DNA from: Trueperaceae bacterium
GTDB taxonomy: Bacteria; Deinococcota; Deinococci; Deinococcales; Trueperaceae
Length of the DNA: 64,000 nucleotides
Direction of reading: 5' to 3'
NCBI GenBank assembly: GCA_965215565.1
Contig: CBDCDZ010000004.1
Coordinates: 1,472,001 to 1,536,000, forward strand
Shown: positions 9,406-18,460 of the stretch, piece after piece
Layout of the letters: each line of letters starts with the position of its first letter
Numbering within the stretch: the stretch's first letter is position 1
Program-made: the position numbers and the translations under genes
Notes under the pieces: model-generated
What the model was told of the DNA's origin: nothing
The model's input: the letters and a program-made list of their open reading frames with translations, nothing else
The model's database searches: none

Positions 9406-10169
9406 TCGAAGTCAGCGGTTTAAGCTTTCACTATAGCAAGCAAGAGGTCGTTAAAGACCTGAGCTTTTCGCTGCGAAGCGGAGAGATTTTAGGCGTCGTC
9501 GGGCCGAACGGCGCGGGCAAGTCCACGCTCATCGGGCTCCTGACGCGGCTTTTGAAACCCTCACAGGGGGAGGTGCGGCTCTTCGGCAAGAGGCTTCGAG
9601 AGGTGGGGCGCTTGGAGCTTGCGCGCGCCGTCGCCGCCACGCCACAAGCGAGCACCTTGCCCGAGGCGTTCCGCGTCCGAGACCTCGTCATGATGGGGCG
9701 CACGCCGCACCTGGGCTTTCTAGCGTCCGAAACGCAGAGAGATATAGAGATCGCCGAAGCCGCCCTGCGCCGCACCGACACGTGGGCGTTTCGAGACAGA
9801 ACCGTCGGTTCTCTGTCGGGCGGCGAAAGGCAGCGCGTTCTGCTCGCGAGGGCGCTGGCGCAGGAGCCCACGTTTCTACTCCTGGATGAGCCGACGAACC
9901 ACTTAGACCTCAAGTACCAAGTCGAGGTGCTGCGCTTCGTCAAGCGGGAGGTGGCGCGGGGTCTGGGCGCACTCGTCGTGTTACACGACCTCAACTTGGC
10001 GGCTCGAGTCTGCGGGCGCGTGCTCGTCATGCGGCGCGGCGCGTGTATGGCGCTAGGCAAACCCGAAGAGGTGTTGACTCAAAAGAGGTTAGAAGAGGTC
10101 TACGACGCCGATATCAGCGTGTTCGCGCAACCGGGTACGAACGTCCCCGTCGTCCTGCCCGAACTCTGA
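9402..10169 (+). CDS. btuD: cobalamin ABC transporter ATPase
   Basis: Walker A GPNGAGKST, LSGGERQR, Walker B LLLDEP, HDLNLA. Confidence 0.88.
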   Translation: MIEVSGLSFHYSKQEVVKDLSFSLRSGEILGVVGPNGAGKSTLIGLLTRLLKPSQGEVRLFGKRLREVGRLELARAVAATPQASTLPEAFRVRDLVMMGRTPHLGFLASETQRDIEIAEAALRRTDTWAFRDRTVGSLSGGERQRVLLARALAQEPTFLLLDEPTNHLDLKYQVEVLRFVKREVARGLGALVVLHDLNLAARVCGRVLVMRRGACMALGKPEEVLTQKRLEEVYDADISVFAQPGTNVPVVLPEL

Positions 10170-10182
10170 TAGCTTTTTTATC

Positions 10183-10920
10183 GTGACTTACTTCAGGGCG
10201 CTCCGCGTCGCGCTAGGCTTTCTCACCACGCTGCCCGTGCCGCTCGTCAAGGCGTGGCGCGAGGACGACTTGCGCTTAGCGGTAAGGGCGTATCCCGTCG
10301 TCGGGCTCGTCATCGGCACCCTTTTGGCGCTCGCGTTCGTCCTCTTCACGCCGCTGCCGCCCACGCTGCGCGGCGTTCTCGTGACGGCGCTGTGGCTCCT
10401 CGTCACGGGCGCGCTCCACTTCGACGGCTTCTGCGACCTTGCTGACGCCGCGTTCGCTCCTAAACCCCCCGAAGAGCGCTGGCGCATCGTCAAGGACCCG
10501 CGCGTGGGCGCGTTCGCGCTCGCGGCGGGCAGCCTGCTGATCCTCGTCAAGGCGACGGCAGTAGGCGCGCTGAGCGAGGTGGGCGCGCTCGTCGTCATTC
10601 CCATCCTGAGCCGGAGCGCGGTGACGTGGGCGATGGCGCGCTACCCGGTCTACGACGCGAGCCTCTTAGGGCGACGCACAAATCTCAGATTTGACGAGAC
10701 CTTTTTGCCTATCAGCCTCGGGGCTGTGCTCTCGCTTTCTATCACGGTTTTTTGGCTCGAGCTGCCCGCCCTTCTCTTCCTCGTCATTAGCGCCGCACTC
10801 TCCACACTCATCATCGCCACTTGGCTGAACCGGCGGATGGCAGGCTTGGGCGGCGACGCTTACGGCGCGCTCGTCGAGAGCAGCGAAGCGGCGATGCTCG
10901 TCGTGGCGACTTTGCTTTAG
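10183..10920 (+). CDS. cobS: adenosylcobinamide-GDP ribazoletransferase (cobalamin synthase)
   Basis: TGALHFDGFCDLADA, KDPRVGAF, GDAYGA motifs. Confidence 0.9.
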   Translation: MTYFRALRVALGFLTTLPVPLVKAWREDDLRLAVRAYPVVGLVIGTLLALAFVLFTPLPPTLRGVLVTALWLLVTGALHFDGFCDLADAAFAPKPPEERWRIVKDPRVGAFALAAGSLLILVKATAVGALSEVGALVVIPILSRSAVTWAMARYPVYDASLLGRRTNLRFDETFLPISLGAVLSLSITVFWLELPALLFLVISAALSTLIIATWLNRRMAGLGGDAYGALVESSEAAMLVVATLL

Positions 10921-10997
10921 ACGCGCTCAACTTCTCCTCTCATTGTCACCTTTCATAATGCCTGAGAGCAGCGTAGGGGCAGGCGGGGTTAGGAGAC

Positions 10998-11260
10998 ATG
11001 ATGGCGATAGAGGTGATCGGGGCGGGCTTCGGACGCACGGGAACGTAGAGGTCTTCAACAGCCATATCGAAGAGGTCAAGCGCAGTATGCCCGCCGAGAA
11101 GCTGCTGGTTTACAGCGTGAAAGAGGGCTGGGAGCCGTTAGGCGAATTCTTGGAAGTGAACATACCTGGCAACGAGCCCTTCCCGCACTTAAACGACAGG
11201 CGGAGCTTCAAAGAGCGCGTCATCAAGATGATTCAGGAACCCAAACAAGTCGCGAGGTAG
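10998..11260 (+). pseudogene. sulfotransferase-family (P-loop) gene with large internal deletion
   Basis: AGGAG RBS, then MMAIEVIGAGFGRTGT*, joined out of frame to the family C-terminus EKLLVYSVKEGWEPLGEFL..PFPHLND. Confidence 0.75.
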
Positions 11261-11473
11261 TGCGGATTCCGAAGCGACGGAGGTGTATTGGGCGGCGGAC
11301 GCGGGCGTGCCCGAGTGGGAGGTGGAGTGCGGGTAGAGGCTCGAACCATCATTAATCTCAACGGCTAGCGCGAGACGATGTAGCTTAGAGGGAGTTGGGA
11401 TGCGTTCAGATAACGCCGAAAGGCGAGGCGCGTTCCGGTTCGGAACGTTCAGAGTGATATGAGAGGACCCGAC

Positions 11474-12985
11474 ATGACGAGAACCCTCATCTACTGTTTG
11501 CTGGGCGTGCTCACGCTTGGCTTAGCCGGCTGCGCGGACACGGCGAAGCCCCTTGGCGAAAGCGCGGCAGCGGCGGCGCTGACCCTAGAGCCTGTGAACG
11601 AAACCCGTGAGGAACTGGGCGCTATGAACGGGAGAACCGCCGTGCTCTACCGAACGGACGAGCGTGCCCGCTTCGCGCTTGACGGCGTCCCGAAAGGGTC
11701 CTACGCTGTAAGCGTACGAGCGCGCGGTGACAACTACGAGGGCTGGCCCAAGATGCGCTTGAGCGTGGACGGTAAACGATTAGGCGAAGACGTTGCGGTT
11801 GAGCGAGCAACCTATCAGGAGTACACCTTCAGCGAGGTCGCGCTCTCTTCGGGACAAGTCATAGAGGCTGTTTTCACAAACGACAATTATGACGGCAGCG
11901 CTGAGAGAGACCGCAACCTTTATATCGACCATCTCACCTTGATTCCGGTCGCGGACACCGAGCAAGACGCTGATCAAGATACCGGTTGGGACACAGTCTA
12001 CGAAGGGCTGGACCAGAGCGAGCCACTCGAGCTGCGCGGGGTGAGCAACGTCTTGATTCGCAACAGCACCTTCACGAATGTAAACAACAGCAGCGCCATC
12101 CTCATCAAGGACGCAGCCAACGTGCGCGTCGAGAACGTGACCATTGACGGTGTGGGCGGGGAAAATAGCCACAACGGTGTCTACATCGTAGACAGCACTG
12201 AAGTGAGCGTCGTCGGCAACACGATTTCGAACATTACGAGTCGAGGACAATCGGCAGGCATCAAAATTTGGGGTGGCAAGTCAGCGAATATCACCCTTGA
12301 AGGCAATCACATCTACGACGCTTACGGCAATGGCATCGTTTCGGACGGCTGCTCGAGCTGCCTCAAGCAGGTTGTACACGACGTGCCAGTACCAAACCTC
12401 AGAATCATCAATAACCTCATCCACGATGTCGGCAAGACGCCTACACCGGTCAAGGGCTCCCCGACTCACGGCATGTACCTCAAAGCGCAGGACGTGTGGG
12501 TTGAGGGCAACACCGTCTACAACGTCTTCGACGGCTCAGGCATCAGCATAAGAAGCACAGCAAGGGTGCTCAATAACCGCATCTGGGATACTAGGTTCTC
12601 GGCGCTCTGGCTCTCGCAGATGAAACCTGCTGGACCGTCTATGCGCTCGGTCGTTAGAGGAAACGAACTCTTTTTCACCGACCGTGTGCCCCTTGGCGCT
12701 GAATGGTCTTCCCTGCTTATTCTGTACTGGGGCAAAAATGAGGGAAGACCCTTTCGCTACGACACTTTCGAGATAAGCGACAACACCTTCTCCATCTGCA
12801 CCACAGCCGTGGGCGACTTTCCGCACATGCGGGTCTACCCCTTTGCGAACCTGAGTGTGGAGAACAACGTCTTCGTCGACACGAGGGACAACCCGCGTTA
12901 CTTTTCCAACTACGCTGACCTGGATACCCCTTACGAACCTGGCGCAGGCAACAGCTTCAACAAGGTGGGCTGCTTGTCACCTTGA
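11474..12985 (+). CDS. lipoprotein: CBM60-like module + right-handed beta-helix domain
   Basis: Lipobox LAGC; ARGDNYEGWP..FTNDNYDG..DRNLYID module; repeated (I/V)xxNxI parallel beta-helix units. Confidence 0.8.
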   Translation: MTRTLIYCLLGVLTLGLAGCADTAKPLGESAAAAALTLEPVNETREELGAMNGRTAVLYRTDERARFALDGVPKGSYAVSVRARGDNYEGWPKMRLSVDGKRLGEDVAVERATYQEYTFSEVALSSGQVIEAVFTNDNYDGSAERDRNLYIDHLTLIPVADTEQDADQDTGWDTVYEGLDQSEPLELRGVSNVLIRNSTFTNVNNSSAILIKDAANVRVENVTIDGVGGENSHNGVYIVDSTEVSVVGNTISNITSRGQSAGIKIWGGKSANITLEGNHIYDAYGNGIVSDGCSSCLKQVVHDVPVPNLRIINNLIHDVGKTPTPVKGSPTHGMYLKAQDVWVEGNTVYNVFDGSGISIRSTARVLNNRIWDTRFSALWLSQMKPAGPSMRSVVRGNELFFTDRVPLGAEWSSLLILYWGKNEGRPFRYDTFEISDNTFSICTTAVGDFPHMRVYPFANLSVENNVFVDTRDNPRYFSNYADLDTPYEPGAGNSFNKVGCLSP

Positions 12986-13037
12986 CGAACGCTCAATGTC
13001 TGAACGAAACAGCTTGCTTGTCCCCTAAGGAGAAGAA

Positions 13038-15227
13038 ATGACCCGAATCGGCTACACGGCTCTACTACTTTTAGTGATCCTACTCTCTCTCGTTAGCTGC
13101 TCAAACACAGCAACCGATATGCTCGACGAAAGCGCAGCCCCCGCAGCCCTGACCCTAGAGCCTATAGAGGAGAACAAAGAAGAAGCAGGCGCAACGAACG
13201 GTAAGACCGCCGTGCTCCTGCGAACAGGCGAACGCGCCCGCTTCGAGATTGGTGACGTTCAGAGCGGCACCTACAAAGTAAGCGTACGTGCACGCGGTGA
13301 CAACTACGAGGGCTGGCCGGTCATGCGCTTGACGGTGAATAATCAGCAGCTAGGTGAGGACGTACTAGTAGGCAGTAATGGCTACCGCGAGTACACCTTT
13401 GGCGAGGTCGCACTCTCTTCAAGACAAGTGATAGAGGCTGTTTTCACAAACGACAACTATGACGGCTCAGCGGATAGAGACCGCAATCTCTACGTGGATC
13501 AGCTCACGCTAACCCCACTCGAGGGTGCTAAGCCTCAACCGGATACCCGCTCCAACTGCACCGACGAGCGCCTCGAGCTAGGCACGCGCGGCTCGCCCGT
13601 CTGGACGAGCGGTGCGTTCGAGGGAACCTTTTGCCGCGATATCGTCGGTGACGGCGAAAGCCTTACCCTCACACTGGACGCTAAGGACGGCGGTTTCGAT
13701 ACCGCCATCGTCTCTGAATACAACCCCAGCCGAGTTGACGACTTACGCACCACCCCCTTACCCGTCTCTGCAACCGTCGCCCCCGAATTTAGCGGCTCGG
13801 GCAACTGGTGGATAGGACCTAAGTTCTCGGTGAGAGAAGAGGTCGGGCAGGGCTTGGAAGGCAACTACGAAAACTATATCGTCGAAAACGCCTCTCGCAC
13901 ACCCGAGGAGTACCACGAGAGGCTCACGAGCGAAGACGGAGGCACCTACCTGGGAGAAACGCGCCAGGACGGAGGTGTTTATAGACACTACCTCGTGCCC
14001 CACCCTTACCAACCCTGGGAGCAGTTCTGGGCGGTGCGCCAGGTGTACCGGGAGAGTGGCGCGGTTGACTTGGCTCTCATCCTCGAGAAGTGGCGCGCAA
14101 ACGGCTTGCCGGATCAGCTCATCCCGCAGTGGCGCGTCAACGTCGAAACGAGCGGCGAGATAGCTGGGACGCTGGTCATGAAAGATATAAGCTTTCCAGC
14201 CTCAAACGCCGAGCAAGCCGTTGACCAAAGCGCTGATTGGGATGTGGTCTATGAAGGTCTGGAACAGAGTGAGCCACTCGAGCTGCGCGGCGTGAGCAAC
14301 ATTCTGGTTAGAAACAGCACCTTCACGGATATCGCTGGCAGCAACGCCATTTTTATCGAGGACGCAACCAACGTACGCGTTGAGAACGTGACCATTGACG
14401 GTGTTACTGGGAAAAGAAGTCTCAACGGTGTTCTTATCAAGGACAGCACCGAGGTGAGCGTTGTTGACAGCACCATCTCCAATATCTCCAGTCGGGGACA
14501 GTCAGCGGGTATCCGGGTTGTGGGCGCTGAGTCAGCCAACATCACGTTTCAGGGCAACCACATCTACGATACTCAGGGTAACGGCATTGTTTCAGGTGGC
14601 TGCTCGGCTTGCGCCGCTGAGCAAACCGTCCACGACGCGCCGGTACCGGGTCTCAGAATTGTCGACAACCTCATCCATGACACTGGCAAGACGCCCGAAA
14701 CCGTAGAGGGCTCCCCTACACACGGGATGTATATCAAAGCGCAAGACGCGTGGATCGAGGGCAACACCGTCTACAACGCCTTTGACGGCTCGGGCATCAG
14801 CGTAAGAAGCACCGCCACCGTGGTGAACAACCGCGTTTGGGACACCAAGTACGAAACGCTTGTCTTCTACCAGATGAAGCCTGCTGGACCGTCTATGCGC
14901 TCTGTTATCAGGGGCAACGAGCTGTTCTTCACCGACAGCAGACCTTCTGAGTCATGGAAGTCGTGGCTCCTCAAACTCTACTGGAACAAGTCCAAGGGAC
15001 CCCTGCGTTACGACACCTTCGACGTGCGCGACAATACCCTTTCAATGTGCACAACGGCGGCGGGTACCTCGGCTCTCACACTCCTTCACCCTTTCGAGAA
15101 CCTAACCGTAGAAGGCAACGACTTCGTCGATAGGAGGGACAGACCACGCTATTTTGCTGACCTTGGTACCCCTTCTGAATACGTCGCAGGCAACACCTTC
15201 AACGAAGTGGGCTGCTTGTCACCTTGA
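13038..15227 (+). CDS. lipoprotein: CBM60-like module + GH11-like domain + right-handed beta-helix
   Basis: Lipobox LVSC; same N-module; insert with ENYIVEN and QFWAVRQ..RESGAV resembling GH11; C-terminus paralogous to the 11474 gene. Confidence 0.75.
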   Translation: MTRIGYTALLLLVILLSLVSCSNTATDMLDESAAPAALTLEPIEENKEEAGATNGKTAVLLRTGERARFEIGDVQSGTYKVSVRARGDNYEGWPVMRLTVNNQQLGEDVLVGSNGYREYTFGEVALSSRQVIEAVFTNDNYDGSADRDRNLYVDQLTLTPLEGAKPQPDTRSNCTDERLELGTRGSPVWTSGAFEGTFCRDIVGDGESLTLTLDAKDGGFDTAIVSEYNPSRVDDLRTTPLPVSATVAPEFSGSGNWWIGPKFSVREEVGQGLEGNYENYIVENASRTPEEYHERLTSEDGGTYLGETRQDGGVYRHYLVPHPYQPWEQFWAVRQVYRESGAVDLALILEKWRANGLPDQLIPQWRVNVETSGEIAGTLVMKDISFPASNAEQAVDQSADWDVVYEGLEQSEPLELRGVSNILVRNSTFTDIAGSNAIFIEDATNVRVENVTIDGVTGKRSLNGVLIKDSTEVSVVDSTISNISSRGQSAGIRVVGAESANITFQGNHIYDTQGNGIVSGGCSACAAEQTVHDAPVPGLRIVDNLIHDTGKTPETVEGSPTHGMYIKAQDAWIEGNTVYNAFDGSGISVRSTATVVNNRVWDTKYETLVFYQMKPAGPSMRSVIRGNELFFTDSRPSESWKSWLLKLYWNKSKGPLRYDTFDVRDNTLSMCTTAAGTSALTLLHPFENLTVEGNDFVDRRDRPRYFADLGTPSEYVAGNTFNEVGCLSP
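13096..13511 (+). repeat. 416-bp near-identical duplicate of 18519-18934 (shared lipoprotein N-terminal module)
   Basis: Line-by-line comparison shows only a few substitutions and equal length. Confidence 0.9.
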
Positions 15228-15279
15228 CGAACGCTCAATGTCTAAACGAAACAGCTTGCTTGTCCCCCGGGGAGACAAC

Positions 15280-17799
15280 ATGACACGTACCGGGCACATA
15301 GCCACACTTCTACTAGTTTTACTCGCGTTGATCGGCTGCTCAAACACAGCAACCGATACGCTCGACCAGAGCGCGGCGGCACTGACCCTAGAGCCTATAG
15401 AGGAGAACCAACAAGAAGCAGGCGCAACGAACGGTAAGACTGCCGTGCTCCTACGGACAGATGAGCGCGCCCGCTTCGAGCTTGGTGACGTTCAGAGTGG
15501 CACCTACGAAGTAAGCGTGCGTGCACGTGGTGACAACTACCAGGGCTGGCCCGAGATGCGCCTAGAGGTGGATGGTCAGCAACGTGGTGAAGATAGGCTA
15601 GTAGGCAGTAATGGCTACCTCGAGTACAGCTTCGGTGAGGTCGCGCTCTCCCCAGGGCAAGCTGTAGAGGTTGTTTTCAAAAACGACAACTATGACGGCT
15701 CAGCGGATAGGGACCGCAACCTCTATGTGGATCATCTCATCCTCGAGCCCGTAGCAAGAATAGCGCCAGAGCCAGAGAGCCCCGACGCAAAAGGCGTCAT
15801 CGCCCTACCCCTAGAGGTTATCGGTCCAGACGGTTATATAGAGGGGGTGACTTTTGACCTCGGTGATCCTGCCAAAGTAGACAGCTTGTACCTCAAAGCC
15901 CACCGCTTGGCTTACCGCGACGCCAGCACCAACCCAAACAGGGGTGCGAAGGGCAGTGTGCGCCTCAACGGGGGCGACTGGGTTGACCTCTCGAATGAGA
16001 CGCCGGGGCTCGAATGTTCTGCGCACGAAGCGGCGTACGGCTGCCTCAACGGGGCGTACCACACCGTGCGCTTGAGCGTTCCCATCGAAGGAGCGCGGAC
16101 GGGCACGAACACTCTGGAGTTCCGCTTTAACGGTACAGACAAGCTGACCAGTGGCTACCGTATCGTGGCCTTTAACTTACAGCGCGGCGACGAGGCGGTC
16201 TTACCGGTGGAGACCTTTGCAGAGGATGACCCCGTCAAGTGGGAGCCGCCGCTAAGCAGCGCCAAGGACATCAGGGAAGGTCAGAGGCTCTGGGAAGGGG
16301 CGGCGCTCGTGGATTTTCCAGGTGGACCTAAGATCAGAGCGACCTGCAGCGGCTGCCACGCCGTAGATGGGCGCGATTTGCAGTACTACGCCTTCTCTAA
16401 CTGGTCTATTCAAGAACGGGCTAAGTTTCATAAGCTCTCCGAACTAGAAGGCAAACAGATCGCCTCTTATATCCGCTCGCTCGACGTCGAGCCACACGGA
16501 CGTCCCTGGAACCCGCCCTATCAACCTGGACCTGGGCTAGACAGCAAACCTGTAGAACAGTGGGCTGCGGGGGCAGGTTTAGATGCTGTACTCGAGAAAG
16601 ATGAGGACATGAAAGAGCATCTCTTCCCTAGCGGAACCTCTGACGCTGCCATGCGCAAGATCGTCAACAAGAACGCCACGCTCAACGTTCGCGAGATGCC
16701 TGTATCTCTACAGTTCCCCGACTGGCAGGCGTGGCTGCCCGAGGCGCACCCACTCGATATTTGGGGCCAAGGGTTTGAAACGAGCGAAATTCACCACGGC
16801 GAGACGTATCCTGAAACTTACGAGCGGGTGCGCCGCGAACTGGAGGCTAGAGGCGGCTCAGCGCTCGCCGCGGCGGGCGAACTCGAGCCCTTGCTGAACG
16901 ATTTAGCCACCCAAACCACCAACTTATCGAGCAAACGCAAGGGCGTACTGGACCGGGACGTCCCTGAAAGCAAAAGGGAGATACTCAACCGCTCGACCTT
17001 GCGCTGGGGGGCGGTCAAGACCTGGGAAGTGATGCAGGAGTTTGGACTAGAGGACCTAGCACCTGAAGTATTCTCCAATGGCGAGGCGCGTAGTTGGATC
17101 AGCACGCGGCGCAACGTCTTTGAAATCGCGCCGCACCGCTCGGCAGTGAACAGAAACAGCTTTCCCTACCAAACAATTTTGGTCGGCAAATATGAGTCTA
17201 CCGCTTGGTACCAGTTGCAACTCACACTCAACGCAGGCAACGGCGGTGGCATCCACCTCTGGCCCGTCGATTGGAACTATCAGCCCAACCACATCGAAGG
17301 GTTACGGGGTAAGGGCAGCGGACCCGCTCATCCTTACCGCTACTTAGCTTCGCACACCAAGATGCACCAACAGTTCGCCGACGGCGACCCGATGCCAGAA
17401 ACGGCATTGGGCTTCAGACAACTTCAAATTCACCGTTACGTACCGGGGCAAGGGCACGGCCGCACCTTGGACACGCTACCTACAAGCGTCCGCGCGAACG
17501 CTTATGAAGCACTTCTCAACTCAACTGTGGACGTTTTAGAGCAGTACCGTCCGAGCGACTGGGCGCGGGGCAAGGCACAAAAGAACGTCCTCGAGCCCGC
17601 CAATTACCGCCTTACCAAGCCGAATATTCCTCGAGACCGTCTCAGCGGAGAGTGCCACACCGAAGATTACGCCAACTGCTGGTATAGCGCGGTCCCCTAT
17701 TTTGAAGAGCTAGGAGTTGATGATGGGACCTTGGAGAGACTTGTGAATTGGGGACAAAGTATTTGGCCCCGTAACGACTGGAAACGGCTGACGCCTTGA
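15280..17799 (+). CDS. lipoprotein: CBM60-like module + large uncharacterised domain with CxxCH motif
   Basis: ATG 15280 after GGAG; lipobox LIGC; CSGCH heme-c-type motif. Confidence 0.75.
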   Translation: MTRTGHIATLLLVLLALIGCSNTATDTLDQSAAALTLEPIEENQQEAGATNGKTAVLLRTDERARFELGDVQSGTYEVSVRARGDNYQGWPEMRLEVDGQQRGEDRLVGSNGYLEYSFGEVALSPGQAVEVVFKNDNYDGSADRDRNLYVDHLILEPVARIAPEPESPDAKGVIALPLEVIGPDGYIEGVTFDLGDPAKVDSLYLKAHRLAYRDASTNPNRGAKGSVRLNGGDWVDLSNETPGLECSAHEAAYGCLNGAYHTVRLSVPIEGARTGTNTLEFRFNGTDKLTSGYRIVAFNLQRGDEAVLPVETFAEDDPVKWEPPLSSAKDIREGQRLWEGAALVDFPGGPKIRATCSGCHAVDGRDLQYYAFSNWSIQERAKFHKLSELEGKQIASYIRSLDVEPHGRPWNPPYQPGPGLDSKPVEQWAAGAGLDAVLEKDEDMKEHLFPSGTSDAAMRKIVNKNATLNVREMPVSLQFPDWQAWLPEAHPLDIWGQGFETSEIHHGETYPETYERVRRELEARGGSALAAAGELEPLLNDLATQTTNLSSKRKGVLDRDVPESKREILNRSTLRWGAVKTWEVMQEFGLEDLAPEVFSNGEARSWISTRRNVFEIAPHRSAVNRNSFPYQTILVGKYESTAWYQLQLTLNAGNGGGIHLWPVDWNYQPNHIEGLRGKGSGPAHPYRYLASHTKMHQQFADGDPMPETALGFRQLQIHRYVPGQGHGRTLDTLPTSVRANAYEALLNSTVDVLEQYRPSDWARGKAQKNVLEPANYRLTKPNIPRDRLSGECHTEDYANCWYSAVPYFEELGVDDGTLERLVNWGQSIWPRNDWKRLTP

Positions 17800-18159
17800 G
17801 CTGCAGAGTGTTTATACTACCGGCGTAAATGCCCGCTATTTCTTACAAGGAAGTTACGACGTGACACCTTCGCCTGTTTAAGCCGCACCTCAATGGTCAG
17901 CGCCTGCACCGACGTCACCTTTAAGCCTGAAAACACCCATTTCGGCGTCTAAGCGCAGCGGTCAACCCAACGCGCTCCGATCAACCTAGGCGCGTCTCGC
18001 CACGAAAGGTCCTACTGTGAGACACTCCACGCTGCTCAGACCTCAACCCTCGTGCCAAGCGTTTTGCAAGACGCTGTCGGCACAGAACGTTTGCTACGGC
18101 AGCAAGCTTAACCAATGTTGTTTAGTCTGCCGAACGTCTACTCCACGCTCTGCATATCC

Positions 18160-18343
18160 TAGCAGGTATCATCTGGTTTGAGACAGTCTCACTATGCAAA
18201 GCGGTGTTTCCTGCGGAAAACTGCGTAACTAGCACGCACGTTCGAAGATGAAATCCCGCAACGGCAGGGCGGCCTGCCCGTAACGCTAGTCCTTGCGGAC
18301 AGAGACCTGCGCTCATCCGTCTCAGTATGTCTTGGAACTGCTA
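18160..18343 (-). mobile_element. MITE-like copy B
   Basis: TAGCAGGTATCATCTGG...GGAACTGCTA; inverted near-copy of 1288-1450 with an extra internal segment. Confidence 0.8.
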
Positions 18344-18460
18344 TCCCTAGCAACTCTTAACTAAAAAACTTCCCGCTCTTTGTCTTAAGGTTACATCGGT
18401 AAACTCGCCACTTTGTTTTCACATTAAAGAGGCGGGTCACCCGTCCCCAAAGGAGGCGAC

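Noticed and set aside
17800..18159. 360-bp gap after lipoprotein 3 as an RNA gene or gene fragment
   Set aside because: No recognisable motif, repeat or convincing ORF.
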